A stretch of DNA of 64,000 nucleotides from Mycoplasma sp. CAG:877 (GCA_000433455.1 HF992500.1:32293-96292), one strand, 5' to 3'. Positions 29,753-38,787 are shown, numbered from the stretch's first letter. Numbers and translations are program-made. Notes: generated from the letters alone by a model not told the origin.

Positions 29753-31633
29753 TTGGCTAAAAGTAATAAGAAGAATGTTCCTTTAAAGGATGTTAATACT
29801 AGAGAAGAAATACGTAAGAAAAAAGATGAAGACTTTGTTAAAAAAATTGAGAAACCTAGTAATAAGAGAAATAGTTGTTTAATTAATATATTATCTATCG
29901 CTACAATGATTAGTTGTTTAGGATATTTTGGAAGTACTATTTTTAAGGGTGAAGGTTTAAAAGATATAGTGTTTGCTCTACTTTTACTTTTATTTACAGT
30001 GTTCTTTATATCTTCTAGTATTACTAATTCTAGTAAGAAGAAAGGTAGTAATATTTTAGCGTTAGTTGTACTTTTTATTTATCAAGTTTTTGGTATTTTA
30101 GTTATGTTTAATATAATTAGCTTACCTACTCTTAAAGTAATGGAAAACTTGGTTGATAAGAGTTTAAGTAGTGCTATTAAATGGACTACGGATAATGATG
30201 TTACTTTGGAACAAGTTTATGAGTACAGTGATGTTGTTTCTGAGTATCATGTTATTTATCAGAGTGTTAAACCTGGTACTAAGTTGAAGAATGTTAAGAA
30301 GTTAGTTCTTTCTATTAGTGAAGGTCCTAATCCAGATAAGGAAATTGTTATTCCTAGTATGATTGGTTGGGAAAGTGAAGATGTATTAAAGTATATTGAA
30401 GAGAATCATTTAAGTAATGTAGTTTTTGAATTTGTTCAATCTTCTTCTAAAGAAAATACTTTGATTGAGCAAAGTAAATCTGGTAATGTTAAGAGAAGTG
30501 ATGAGATTAAGTTTACTTTCTCATATGGAGAAGAACGTGGCTATACTGAAGTTAAAATGAGTGATTTAACTAATAAGAGTAAGACTGAAGCTATATTTTA
30601 TTTAAAACAACATGGTATTAAATATGAGATTGAATATGAATTTTCTGATAAGATTAGTAGAAATAAGGTAATTAGTCAAAATGTTAAACCAGGTGAAATG
30701 GTTACTATAACTGGTGATAATGTTACTACTGTTAAGATTGTTATTAGTAAGGGGCCTAAGATTATAATTCCTGATTTTAAGAAGATGAGTGTTGATGAAG
30801 TTACTGAATGGATTATTAAAAATAAGTTAAAAGTTGAATTTAAGGATTCATACGATGAGGCTATTAAAGAAAATGCTGTTATTTCGGCTAGTCATAGTAA
30901 GGGAGATGCAGTTGAGGAAGGTACTATTATTACAATTACTCTTTCTAAGGGAAAATTAACAATGCCTAGTTTTAATAATTTGAATGAGTTTAGAGAATGG
31001 GCAGATAAATATAATATTAAATATGAAGAACAACATGAGTTTAGTGATGATGTTGCTGCTGGTGACGTTATTAGATATTCTTATAAAAAAGGTGAAACTA
31101 TTAAGAATGGAGACACAATAATTGCTACTATTTCTGATGGTAAAAAGATGAGTGTTCCTAATGTTAAAGGATTAAGTAAAAATGATGCAGCTAATAAATT
31201 AAAGAGTGCTGGACTTAACTATAGTTTTGTATATAAATATAGTAGTTCTGTTGAAAAAGGTAAAGTTATAAGTCAATCTATTAGTGCTGGTTCTGAGGTA
31301 TCTAATGGTACAACTGTTACACTTACTATAAGTAATGGTAAGGCTCCAAGTAATAGTAATGGTGGCGGTAACAATAATAATGGCGGTGGTAATAATAATC
31401 AGCCTTCTACTCCAACTTGCGAGAATAGGGAGTTTTATATTCTTACAGGTAATACTGGAGCTCAAACATTAAGTGCTACTAAAGCTGCTTATCCAATGTT
31501 TACAATAGTTGCTAACTACGTTGATAGTTGTAGTAATGGAGATTCAGTATCTGGTACAGTATGTAATGCTGGTAGTTATGATGGTAGAACACTTTCTACT
31601 TGTAATACAATTAGTTTAACTATTGTTAAATAA
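29753..31633 (+). CDS. Kinase-less membrane protein with six tandem PASTA domains and a Cys-containing C-terminal domain
   Basis: Short cytoplasmic N-terminus, three TM helices and six ~65-aa repeats ending in ISKGPK / LSKGK / ISDGKK / ISNGKA. Then an Asn/Gly linker and a 90-aa domain with 5 Cys. Start moved to TTG 29753 because SD GAGGTG (29741-46) overlaps the track GTG 29744. Confidence 0.8.
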   Translation: MAKSNKKNVPLKDVNTREEIRKKKDEDFVKKIEKPSNKRNSCLINILSIATMISCLGYFGSTIFKGEGLKDIVFALLLLLFTVFFISSSITNSSKKKGSNILALVVLFIYQVFGILVMFNIISLPTLKVMENLVDKSLSSAIKWTTDNDVTLEQVYEYSDVVSEYHVIYQSVKPGTKLKNVKKLVLSISEGPNPDKEIVIPSMIGWESEDVLKYIEENHLSNVVFEFVQSSSKENTLIEQSKSGNVKRSDEIKFTFSYGEERGYTEVKMSDLTNKSKTEAIFYLKQHGIKYEIEYEFSDKISRNKVISQNVKPGEMVTITGDNVTTVKIVISKGPKIIIPDFKKMSVDEVTEWIIKNKLKVEFKDSYDEAIKENAVISASHSKGDAVEEGTIITITLSKGKLTMPSFNNLNEFREWADKYNIKYEEQHEFSDDVAAGDVIRYSYKKGETIKNGDTIIATISDGKKMSVPNVKGLSKNDAANKLKSAGLNYSFVYKYSSSVEKGKVISQSISAGSEVSNGTTVTLTISNGKAPSNSNGGGNNNNGGGNNNQPSTPTCENREFYILTGNTGAQTLSATKAAYPMFTIVANYVDSCSNGDSVSGTVCNAGSYDGRTLSTCNTISLTIVK

Positions 31634-31687
31634 GTATTTTAGAAGTATTTGATTTGGTAATTTGATAAATTTAATTAGTAAATTAAA

Positions 31688-31726
31688 AAGGTTCATACTT
31701 TGGATGGTATGAATCTTTATTTTTGG
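31688..31726 (+). terminator. Rho-independent terminator of the PASTA gene
   Basis: Stem ggttcatac / gtatgaatc (9 bp including one G-U pair), loop tttggatg, then tttattttt. Confidence 0.7.
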
Positions 31727-31905
31727 TCGTTTGCTTTAGTTTTTATAATAATATATACTCTCCTTCTGAACATTTTGTTTGAGTGTCGCCTCTTGTTCTT
31801 TTTTAGAAAGAAGGTAGATATTATGAGGACTAAGACTTTTATTATTAAAGTTTTACGATACATTAGTATCATTTTATTACTTTCTACCTTGTTGGTGTTA
31901 GCGAT

Positions 31906-32002
31906 AAAAAAATAGACACTCTAAGTTAGAGTGTCACAAACCCATTATTGGAGGTGACATTCACTTACGAAATGTTCCTCTTTTTGTACAAGTTTCCCTG
32001 AC
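31906..32002 (-). ncRNA. Candidate ~95-nt small RNA (promoter-like element + internal hairpin with CACCUCC + terminator)
   Basis: Minus strand reads: promoter 32009-32036, an imperfect hairpin GAGGAACAUUUC..GUGAAUGUCACCUC, then the terminator gacactcta / tagagtgtc (31915-31935) followed by UAUUUUUUU. No plausible ORF. This is prediction only. Confidence 0.25.
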
Positions 32003-32008
32003 AAATTT

Positions 32009-32036
32009 ATAGTAACATAAAATAATTTTTTTACAA
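32009..32036 (-). promoter_or_regulatory. Promoter-like TTGTAA-N16-(TGT)TACTAT in an intergenic region with no downstream CDS
   Basis: Read on the minus strand. It would drive the candidate small RNA 31906..32002. Confidence 0.3.
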
Positions 32037-32062
32037 TCTCGTTTTTTGATCTTATAGAAAGT

Positions 32063-32087
32063 AAAAATAAAAAGAGCCTTAGGCTCT
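32063..32087 (-). terminator. Terminator of the glucosaminidase gene
   Basis: Stem agagcc / ggctct with loop tta, followed on the minus strand by a long U-rich run. Confidence 0.6.
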
Positions 32088-35000
32088 AGCTTACTATTAA
32101 TTCGATATTGTTACCATTTTTAGTATCTAGTTTTAGTTGGTAATCTTTCTTATTTATAGTAGTTTTTCTAGCACTTAAGTCTCTTCTTAAATTATCAGTT
32201 AACTCTGATATATCAGTTTTATTAGATGTTGTTGTTACATAGATTGAGTATGTTCCTTTTTCTAATTCACTTATATCGATATTGGCATCATACCAAGCTC
32301 TTGTCTTATCTAGATTATCAGACTCTGGTAAAGCTACTTGATATAGACCTTTTGTTATACTTCCTAAATCAAATGTATATAGCTTTAGGGTATCTTTATT
32401 TTCAAATATTATTTTTCTTTCTACTTTAGCATTTGTAGATAAGTCCATACCATATGAATATGAAACTCCTTTTATATGTAGTTTTCCATTTGTAAATTCT
32501 AGAGTCCTCCAAGTATCGAATTGGTTATAGTAACTACCTACTGTTTTATTAGGAAACTCATCTCTTATATATAATGTTACAGCAGATGTTTTATTACCAT
32601 AATTATTTTTTATAGTTGTTGTTGTTTTTGTTGTTTTATAACCAGTTATTTCTGTTTTATATAGTTTATTTGTTATTAATACTTTACTATATGTTTTGTT
32701 AGATTCTGCAACTGCATACATTGTATAAGTACCTCTTGGAAGAGAATCTGTATCGATATTAATATAGAACCAAGGATGAGTATATTTATGTCCGTCAGGG
32801 GATGGAATTGGTCTTGTTATACCAGTTAAATCGGTTATTCTTGTTGCTTTTTGTTCATATGTTGTACCATCAGTACTAACAAATTGAATTTTATAACTAA
32901 TCTTTTCATTTAAAGTATTATCCATACCTTCTACTGTTAAATAACCTCTTAATTGAAGATTATTACCTACTTCTTTTAAATAGTCAAAATAGAAGTTTCC
33001 TGTTGTTTTAATTAGTTTCTTTTCTGTAACAATTACTTTTATTTCTTTAGTTACTTTATTACCATAACTATCTGCTGCTTCGTAAGTTATTTTATACTCA
33101 CCTATTTTTGTTATATCAACAGTATCAGTAATTACTTTTACATTTTTTGTAATATCTCCATCTTCTGGATCAGTTGCGGTTACTCCATCAAGTCTATTGA
33201 AGTCTTCATTTTGATAAACTGTTTTATCAGAAGCAATTATAGTTGGCAGTTGATTAGCAACTACTGTTACATTTATTGTTTTTACTACTTGTTGATTATA
33301 ACTATCTGTTGCTTGATATGTTACTTGATATGTTCCTACTTTATCAATATCAACTTTATTATCTACAGCTACTACTTCTAGTACGCCATCTTCTTCATCT
33401 GTTGCACTTACTCCTTTTTTAGGATCGAATGGTAGACCTTGAGTTATTACCATATCGTTAGCAGTTATTACTGGTTTTTTATTTTCTGTTACTGTTATTG
33501 TTATTGTTAACTCAGTTGATTTATTCTTACTATCTGTTGCTTGATATGTTACTTGGTATGTTCCCACTTTATCAATGTCTAGGTTTGAATTTAATACTTT
33601 TACAGCAACAGTACCTTCTTCTTTATCAGTTGCACTTACTCCTTTTAATAAATCTATTTTAGTACCTTGAACAATGGTTCTGTTAGAAGCAGTTATGACT
33701 GGAGCATTATTTTCAGTTGTATAAGTTGTAAGATTTAGAGTAAAGTCACTAGTTTGAGCAAGTACCCAACCATAAGAATTAGATGTTCCTGATAAATTTA
33801 GAGGAACTTTATACCATAGACGACCATCTACTGTTTTATGTTCCATTACTGGGATATAAGTCTTATGGAATAAACAAGATACTACATTAGTTGATAATTC
33901 GATAGGTTCAGAGTTTACTTCATTACAATATAGACCAGTTAAATTAGTATAGACATTAGCGTAATCAAATGTCATAAAGTCTAATGTATCTGCACTTACC
34001 CAGTCTTTTTGATCATATCTATAATCAGAAGAGATAAGGTAAGAGACTGCTTTACCATTATTATAAGCTGCAGCATAGACCATTACATATTTATCTTTTA
34101 AAATACTAATTCCTTTTTTGGTTTGAAGAGATGAGTCATAATAATAGTCTGAGTTTTTTGTAGTTTTTGCAACTTTAGGACTTAGAGTATTACCTGCATC
34201 ATATAAGTCATAAATATAATTTTTATCTTGATATTCAGTTACATCATTTGGAGATGTATAACCATTTTTACCGGTATTAATCTTTTTTACATAAGCTGCT
34301 GGTACATAGACATAGCTATTCCAATTATAATTTCCTGATGTTATTTCATTAAAGTTAGCATCAATATTTAAATCACTTGTTACTTTATACCAAGTTGTAT
34401 TACCATTAACATTTTCACCAGTTTTTTCACCTAGAATTATTAATGCATCTCCGGCTTCTGTATAAGTATAGACAAATTTTGAGGTGTTTGAAGCATCACT
34501 CATAGCATTTACTGATGCTGTTACTACTCCTAACTGATAGTAATTATAGTCTTGCATACCTTTAGCTTTATCAAAACTATAATAGTTAGCAGCCATTTTT
34601 TCACTCCAGTATGGGTCTGATGCATATTTTACATTCATACCTAGACGTTTATTACCAAATTGTGAACCAAAGTATTTCCAGCTACGAGGATGAGCAAAGC
34701 CATAAGTTACATAAGTAGAACTATACCCTAGGATACTACTAGCAAAAGCTGCATAATATCTAGCTCCTTCTATTGGATTTGAATCTACAGCGTCTAGGCC
34801 AAAACCATTATTTTTATTGATTGCTAATTTACTACGGCCATTACCAGATTCATTTCTACTTAAACTAAATGTTAATAAGGCATTGGTACCATACTTTTCT
34901 TGAGCATAATAGAAAAATTGTCCTTTACCATATAACCTTGAACTACCTTTATTAGTTGCTTTACCATATGCATCTTGAGTAATACCTAAATTGTTACGAA

Positions 35001-35817
35001 TATATTCATCAATATTTGCTGATGAGTAAGTTGTTCTACTATGATTTGATAAATACATATAGTAATTATAATATGGGTTATTTTTATTTACAGAGTTATT
35101 TCTGTTATTAGCTTTATAATCTTTAATTAGAGTTTGTAAATCTTTGTAAAAGTAATTTCCATCATAACTATAATAAGTACCGGCACTTAACATATCTGGT
35201 TTAGGACCAATTGTTGTACCTAGGGAACCATTATAATACTCTTGAATTTTTGTTATATAATTATGTCTTATATAATCATTAGTTATAGTATATGAACTAC
35301 TTGATTTTACCCAAGTTATTGGGACTATTTCATAATTTCCATATGTAATCCAACCTGTAAAATTAGCAATAGTAACTTTACCAGCCCAAACATTTTTAGC
35401 TTGAGAATAAGCTACATCTACTAAGACTCCATCACTACCACCATAAGAACCATAGTTATTCATGTATGTATAATCATATTTTAAATCAATAGTATCATAA
35501 TAACTAACTGTTCTGTTACCAGAAATACTTAAATCTACTAACGCCATGTTGGCATCAAGTATTCTAGTTATACCATCAAGTTTTGTCATAATAGCAAGTT
35601 CAATTGCTCCATTAGAAGTCATAGCAGCTTTTGCTTCTTCATACGTGTTGTAGCAACCTACATTGGTAATGGTACCATCAGAGGCAAAACTGGCTAATTC
35701 AAAATTACCACATAAGTTACGATTTTTATAATTTTCTGATGAAAAGGCAGAAACATTAATTGTATTTAGAAAAAATAAAGATGTTATAAAAAGTGTTAAA
35801 TAAAAAATTCTTTTCAT
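32086..35817 (-). CDS. Secreted multidomain peptidoglycan hydrolase (N-acetylglucosaminidase domain, three DUF5011/Ig-like repeats, two C-terminal repeats of unknown type)
   Basis: Signal peptide MKRIFYLTLFITSLFFLNTINVSA. Glucosaminidase motifs NALLTFSLSRNESGNGRSKLAINKNNGFGLDA and MNVKYASDPYWSEK. Three repeats of (A/P)xITA...GVSATD.EDG...DKVGTYQVTYQATDS. Confidence 0.85.
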   Translation of the reverse strand: MKRIFYLTLFITSLFFLNTINVSAFSSENYKNRNLCGNFELASFASDGTITNVGCYNTYEEAKAAMTSNGAIELAIMTKLDGITRILDANMALVDLSISGNRTVSYYDTIDLKYDYTYMNNYGSYGGSDGVLVDVAYSQAKNVWAGKVTIANFTGWITYGNYEIVPITWVKSSSSYTITNDYIRHNYITKIQEYYNGSLGTTIGPKPDMLSAGTYYSYDGNYFYKDLQTLIKDYKANNRNNSVNKNNPYYNYYMYLSNHSRTTYSSANIDEYIRNNLGITQDAYGKATNKGSSRLYGKGQFFYYAQEKYGTNALLTFSLSRNESGNGRSKLAINKNNGFGLDAVDSNPIEGARYYAAFASSILGYSSTYVTYGFAHPRSWKYFGSQFGNKRLGMNVKYASDPYWSEKMAANYYSFDKAKGMQDYNYYQLGVVTASVNAMSDASNTSKFVYTYTEAGDALIILGEKTGENVNGNTTWYKVTSDLNIDANFNEITSGNYNWNSYVYVPAAYVKKINTGKNGYTSPNDVTEYQDKNYIYDLYDAGNTLSPKVAKTTKNSDYYYDSSLQTKKGISILKDKYVMVYAAAYNNGKAVSYLISSDYRYDQKDWVSADTLDFMTFDYANVYTNLTGLYCNEVNSEPIELSTNVVSCLFHKTYIPVMEHKTVDGRLWYKVPLNLSGTSNSYGWVLAQTSDFTLNLTTYTTENNAPVITASNRTIVQGTKIDLLKGVSATDKEEGTVAVKVLNSNLDIDKVGTYQVTYQATDSKNKSTELTITITVTENKKPVITANDMVITQGLPFDPKKGVSATDEEDGVLEVVAVDNKVDIDKVGTYQVTYQATDSYNQQVVKTINVTVVANQLPTIIASDKTVYQNEDFNRLDGVTATDPEDGDITKNVKVITDTVDITKIGEYKITYEAADSYGNKVTKEIKVIVTEKKLIKTTGNFYFDYLKEVGNNLQLRGYLTVEGMDNTLNEKISYKIQFVSTDGTTYEQKATRITDLTGITRPIPSPDGHKYTHPWFYINIDTDSLPRGTYTMYAVAESNKTYSKVLITNKLYKTEITGYKTTKTTTTIKNNYGNKTSAVTLYIRDEFPNKTVGSYYNQFDTWRTLEFTNGKLHIKGVSYSYGMDLSTNAKVERKIIFENKDTLKLYTFDLGSITKGLYQVALPESDNLDKTRAWYDANIDISELEKGTYSIYVTTTSNKTDISELTDNLRRDLSARKTTINKKDYQLKLDTKNGNNIELIVS
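33020..33715 (-). repeat. Three tandem ~230-bp coding repeats (DUF5011/Ig-like modules) inside the glucosaminidase gene
   Basis: Repeated DNA blocks such as ctgttgcttgatatgttacttg(a/g)tatgttcc(t/c)actttatcaat at about 33300 and 33535. The protein repeats are listed under the CDS. Confidence 0.8.
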
Positions 35818-35850
35818 GATATTCTACCTCCATTATATTAACTCTATTAT

Positions 35851-35859
35851 ATTATAGCA
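35851..35859 (-). promoter_or_regulatory. Extended -10 element (TGCTATAAT) upstream of the glucosaminidase gene
   Basis: Read on the minus strand, about 35 nt upstream of the ATG. SD GGAGGT lies in between. Confidence 0.4.
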
Positions 35860-35964
35860 TTTTTAGAGTGATAACTTTATTTCTTTGAAGTTATTTATTA
35901 TATTTTGACATTATTTTACAGTGTTTTTAGTATTGTAAAGTTTAGAGATTACATAGTATATAAC

Positions 35965-35993
35965 TTGATATATTGTAAAATTTTGAGTATAAT
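35965..35993 (+). promoter_or_regulatory. Sigma-A type promoter TTGATA-N17-TATAAT for the LCP gene
   Basis: Consensus-like hexamers 35 nt upstream of ATG 36028. Confidence 0.55.
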
Positions 35994-36027
35994 AGTAGTT
36001 GTATAATTTGGATATTTGGAGGCTTAT

Positions 36028-37902
36028 ATGACTAAAGAAAAAGATACTAAAAAGAAACCAATATTAAAGATCATTATTTTGATACTATCTATTATTGCAG
36101 TACTGAGTAGTTGTTTTGCAATATATGAAATATTTATGTTAGCAACAATAGAAAACACTATTAGATATATAGTTATGGGAATCTTGGTACTACTCGATAT
36201 ATCAATTATATTTAAGACTAAAGGTATTTTAAAGAGGCGGCCTAAGAATAAACATTCTAAAAGAATTGGTTATATTATATTTATGATTTTATATACTATT
36301 ATTTGTATTATAGTTGGTTCTATTATATTTTACTTATATGGTAAGTTAAGTAATATGAATAAAAATACTGTTATCTACTCTTCTAGTGTTGTTGTTATGG
36401 CTAATAATGAGGCTAGTAGTATTAATGATATTAAAAGTTATAAGATTGGTGTTTTAGATAAGACTAATAAAAATTCTCCTGATGGTTATATAATTCCTCA
36501 AGAAATTATTAAAGAGAATAAATTATATGATGATAATGAATTAGTTGATTATAGTGATTATCAAACTATGGTTACTGATTTATATGCTAAGAGTATTGAT
36601 GCAATTATCTTACCTACTAATTATCCTTCTATGTTTTCTTCTATTAGTGGATATGAAGAGATTGGTACAGATACAAAGATAATTGTTACTAAAGAAAAGA
36701 AGATGAAAAAGTCAGCAACTAGTGTAGTTGAAAGAGAATCAACTGGTAAGCAAGTTACTGAACCATTTACAATGTTACTTATGGGTATTGATTCTACAGA
36801 TGAAGTACTTGAAAAGAATGCAGTTGCGAATGGTGATACATTAATAGTTGTTACATTTAATCCTAAGACTTTGAATGCTACAATGTTATCTATACCAAGA
36901 GATAGTTATGTACCTATTGCTTGTTGGTCTAATAAAGCGGAAAATAAAATTACACATGCTGCTGGATATGGTAATGATTGTATGATGAATACTATTGAAC
37001 AATACTTAGATATTAATATTGATTATTATGCAAAAATTAATTTTAAAGGATTGGTTAAATTAGTCGATGCTGTTGGTGGTGTTGATATAAATGTTGAACA
37101 AACTCTTTGTACTGATGATTCTTCTCGTGGTGGAGATATTTGTATTAATCCAGGTTATCAAACTTTAAATGGTGAACAAGCTTTAGTTTATGCTAGAAAT
37201 AGAAAGGCTTTAGTTAATGGTGACTTTGGTCGTAATCAACATCAACAAGAAATTGTTATTGCTTTAGCTAATAAGATTAAAACAGTTAATAGTGTTTCTA
37301 AGTTTATGGAGATTTTAGATACAGTTTCTAATAGTTTAGATACTAATTTAACTACTCAACAAATGTTATCTTTCTATAATATAATAAAAGATATAATTAA
37401 GAAGAGTTTATCTTCAGATGAAGCTGATTTAATTAATATTCAACAATTATATTTATCTGGTAATGGTCAAATGATTTATGATGAGAGAATGAGAATGGTT
37501 TTATATGATTTCATTCCTAATGAAAATAGTCGTAAAGATATAGTTCAAGCTATGAAAGAAAACTTAGAATTAGTTGAACATACTCCTATTACAGAATTTA
37601 GTTTTTCAATTAATAGTCCTTATGAAAAAGAAGTTATTGGTAAAGGACCTTATAGAAGTTCTAGTTTATATAATTTAGTTCCTAACTTTATAGGTGTTAC
37701 AGAAGCTCAAGCAAGAACTATGGCTAGTAGAGTTGGATTATCTGTTAAGTTTGATGGAGATTCAACTGGTGTAGTTACAGCTCAAAGTTATCCTGCTTCT
37801 AAACGTGTTGATTTAATCAAGGGTAGTATTACATTAACATTAACTAATAGTAGTAAAAAACCTACTGTTAAAGATGATGATAAAAAAGGCGATGACAAGT
37901 AA
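36028..37902 (+). CDS. LCP (LytR-CpsA-Psr) family glycopolymer-peptidoglycan ligase with a C-terminal PASTA domain
   Basis: Two to three N-terminal TM helices. LCP core LLMGIDS...GDTLIVVTFNPKTLNATMLSIPRDSYV...ITHAAGYG...ALVYARNRK. C-terminal PASTA-like VPNFIGVTEAQARTMASRVGLSVKFDGDSTGVVTAQSYPA. ATG 36028 is preceded by TGGAGG. Confidence 0.85.
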   Translation: MTKEKDTKKKPILKIIILILSIIAVLSSCFAIYEIFMLATIENTIRYIVMGILVLLDISIIFKTKGILKRRPKNKHSKRIGYIIFMILYTIICIIVGSIIFYLYGKLSNMNKNTVIYSSSVVVMANNEASSINDIKSYKIGVLDKTNKNSPDGYIIPQEIIKENKLYDDNELVDYSDYQTMVTDLYAKSIDAIILPTNYPSMFSSISGYEEIGTDTKIIVTKEKKMKKSATSVVERESTGKQVTEPFTMLLMGIDSTDEVLEKNAVANGDTLIVVTFNPKTLNATMLSIPRDSYVPIACWSNKAENKITHAAGYGNDCMMNTIEQYLDINIDYYAKINFKGLVKLVDAVGGVDINVEQTLCTDDSSRGGDICINPGYQTLNGEQALVYARNRKALVNGDFGRNQHQQEIVIALANKIKTVNSVSKFMEILDTVSNSLDTNLTTQQMLSFYNIIKDIIKKSLSSDEADLINIQQLYLSGNGQMIYDERMRMVLYDFIPNENSRKDIVQAMKENLELVEHTPITEFSFSINSPYEKEVIGKGPYRSSSLYNLVPNFIGVTEAQARTMASRVGLSVKFDGDSTGVVTAQSYPASKRVDLIKGSITLTLTNSSKKPTVKDDDKKGDDK

Positions 37903-38035
37903 GACGATGACAAGAAAGATGATTATGGTACTACTGGTGATGAAAAAGATAATGATGGTAAGAAAGATGATCCTGGTAAAGATAATACCGGAGGTACCGG
38001 AGGAGATTCAGAAGGTACTGGAGAATAATAAAAAT

Positions 38036-38072
38036 AAAGAACATTTCAAACTATACGAAATGTTCTTTTATT
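38036..38072 (+). terminator. Rho-independent terminator of the LCP gene, located after the 41-codon post-stop extension
   Basis: 12-bp stem aaagaacatttc / gaaatgttcttt, loop aaactatac, then ttattg. Confidence 0.8.
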
Positions 38073-38159
38073 GTGTAATAAAAACCTACTAAGAATATAT
38101 CATTACTTCATCGTTAATAGATAAATTAAAAGACATCTGATAGAGATGCCCTTTTTTTG

Positions 38160-38786
38160 TTACTTTAATTCTACTAAGTATAATTTTTTATCTTGATTAA
38201 CAAATATTAGTGTTGCTTCATTTTGGTAATTGGCAAACTCACTATCTGTATAATCCCATTTTACTTTTACTTCATATGCATTTTCATCGATAGTATTATT
38301 ATAAGTAAATGTTGTCTTTTCTACACTTTCTACTTCTACTGTATTTACTTCTGGTAGATTTTGTTTTCTATTATTATAAATATTACTTTCTACATATTTA
38401 TAAAAAGTATTTTCAGCATTTTCTAGAAAGTTATTTAAGATATCTGGTTGAACTATATCTACTCCACCAACATCTGTTTTAGCTGTTTTATCTGATAGTG
38501 AATAGAAGTCTACTATGAACATTTCAGCTAGTTTAGATGCATATGCTTCATAATCTACTTTATCACTTTCAAGGATTTTTGCTAAGTCTTTAAATAGTTC
38601 TTGATACTTTTTACTTTTATTATCCTTTAAGACATAACCATAGTCTTTTATTTCTTTTAGGACTTTAGCTTCTTTTATTACTGGTTTACTAAAAAATGTT
38701 TTATAAGTAAATATTCCTGCTACTGCAACTACTAATATTACTATTATGGCGATAAGGGTTATTTTTACTTTCTTTTTTAATTTCAT
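38160..38786 (-). CDS. Hypothetical membrane-anchored extracytoplasmic protein
   Basis: N-terminal anchor ITLIAIIVILVVAVAGIF. No recognisable motif. Starts directly after the stop of the LtaS gene. Confidence 0.5.
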   Translation of the reverse strand: MKLKKKVKITLIAIIVILVVAVAGIFTYKTFFSKPVIKEAKVLKEIKDYGYVLKDNKSKKYQELFKDLAKILESDKVDYEAYASKLAEMFIVDFYSLSDKTAKTDVGGVDIVQPDILNNFLENAENTFYKYVESNIYNNRKQNLPEVNTVEVESVEKTTFTYNNTIDENAYEVKVKWDYTDSEFANYQNEATLIFVNQDKKLYLVELK

Positions 38787-38787
38787 A

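Noticed and set aside
31369-31400. Short tandem (GGN)3(AAY)4 x2 repeat in the PASTA gene as a phase-variation tract
   Set aside because: It has only two imperfect units, in frame, encoding an Asn/Gly linker. There is no evidence of length instability from a single sequence.
31700-31915. 71-aa plus-strand ORF from the track (MDGMNLYFWSF...)
   Set aside because: Its TTG start lies inside the loop and 3' arm of the PASTA gene's rho-independent terminator (31688-31726), and it has no SD. At most a ~30-aa hydrophobic peptide from the internal ATG (MRTKTFIIKVL..., weak SD GAAGG) could be real. I cannot support it.
37874-38092. 72-aa plus-strand ORF overlapping the LCP gene tail
   Set aside because: It is out of frame with the LCP gene and runs through the terminator hairpin. 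The in-frame post-stop extension (reported as a finding) explains the coding-like signal better.
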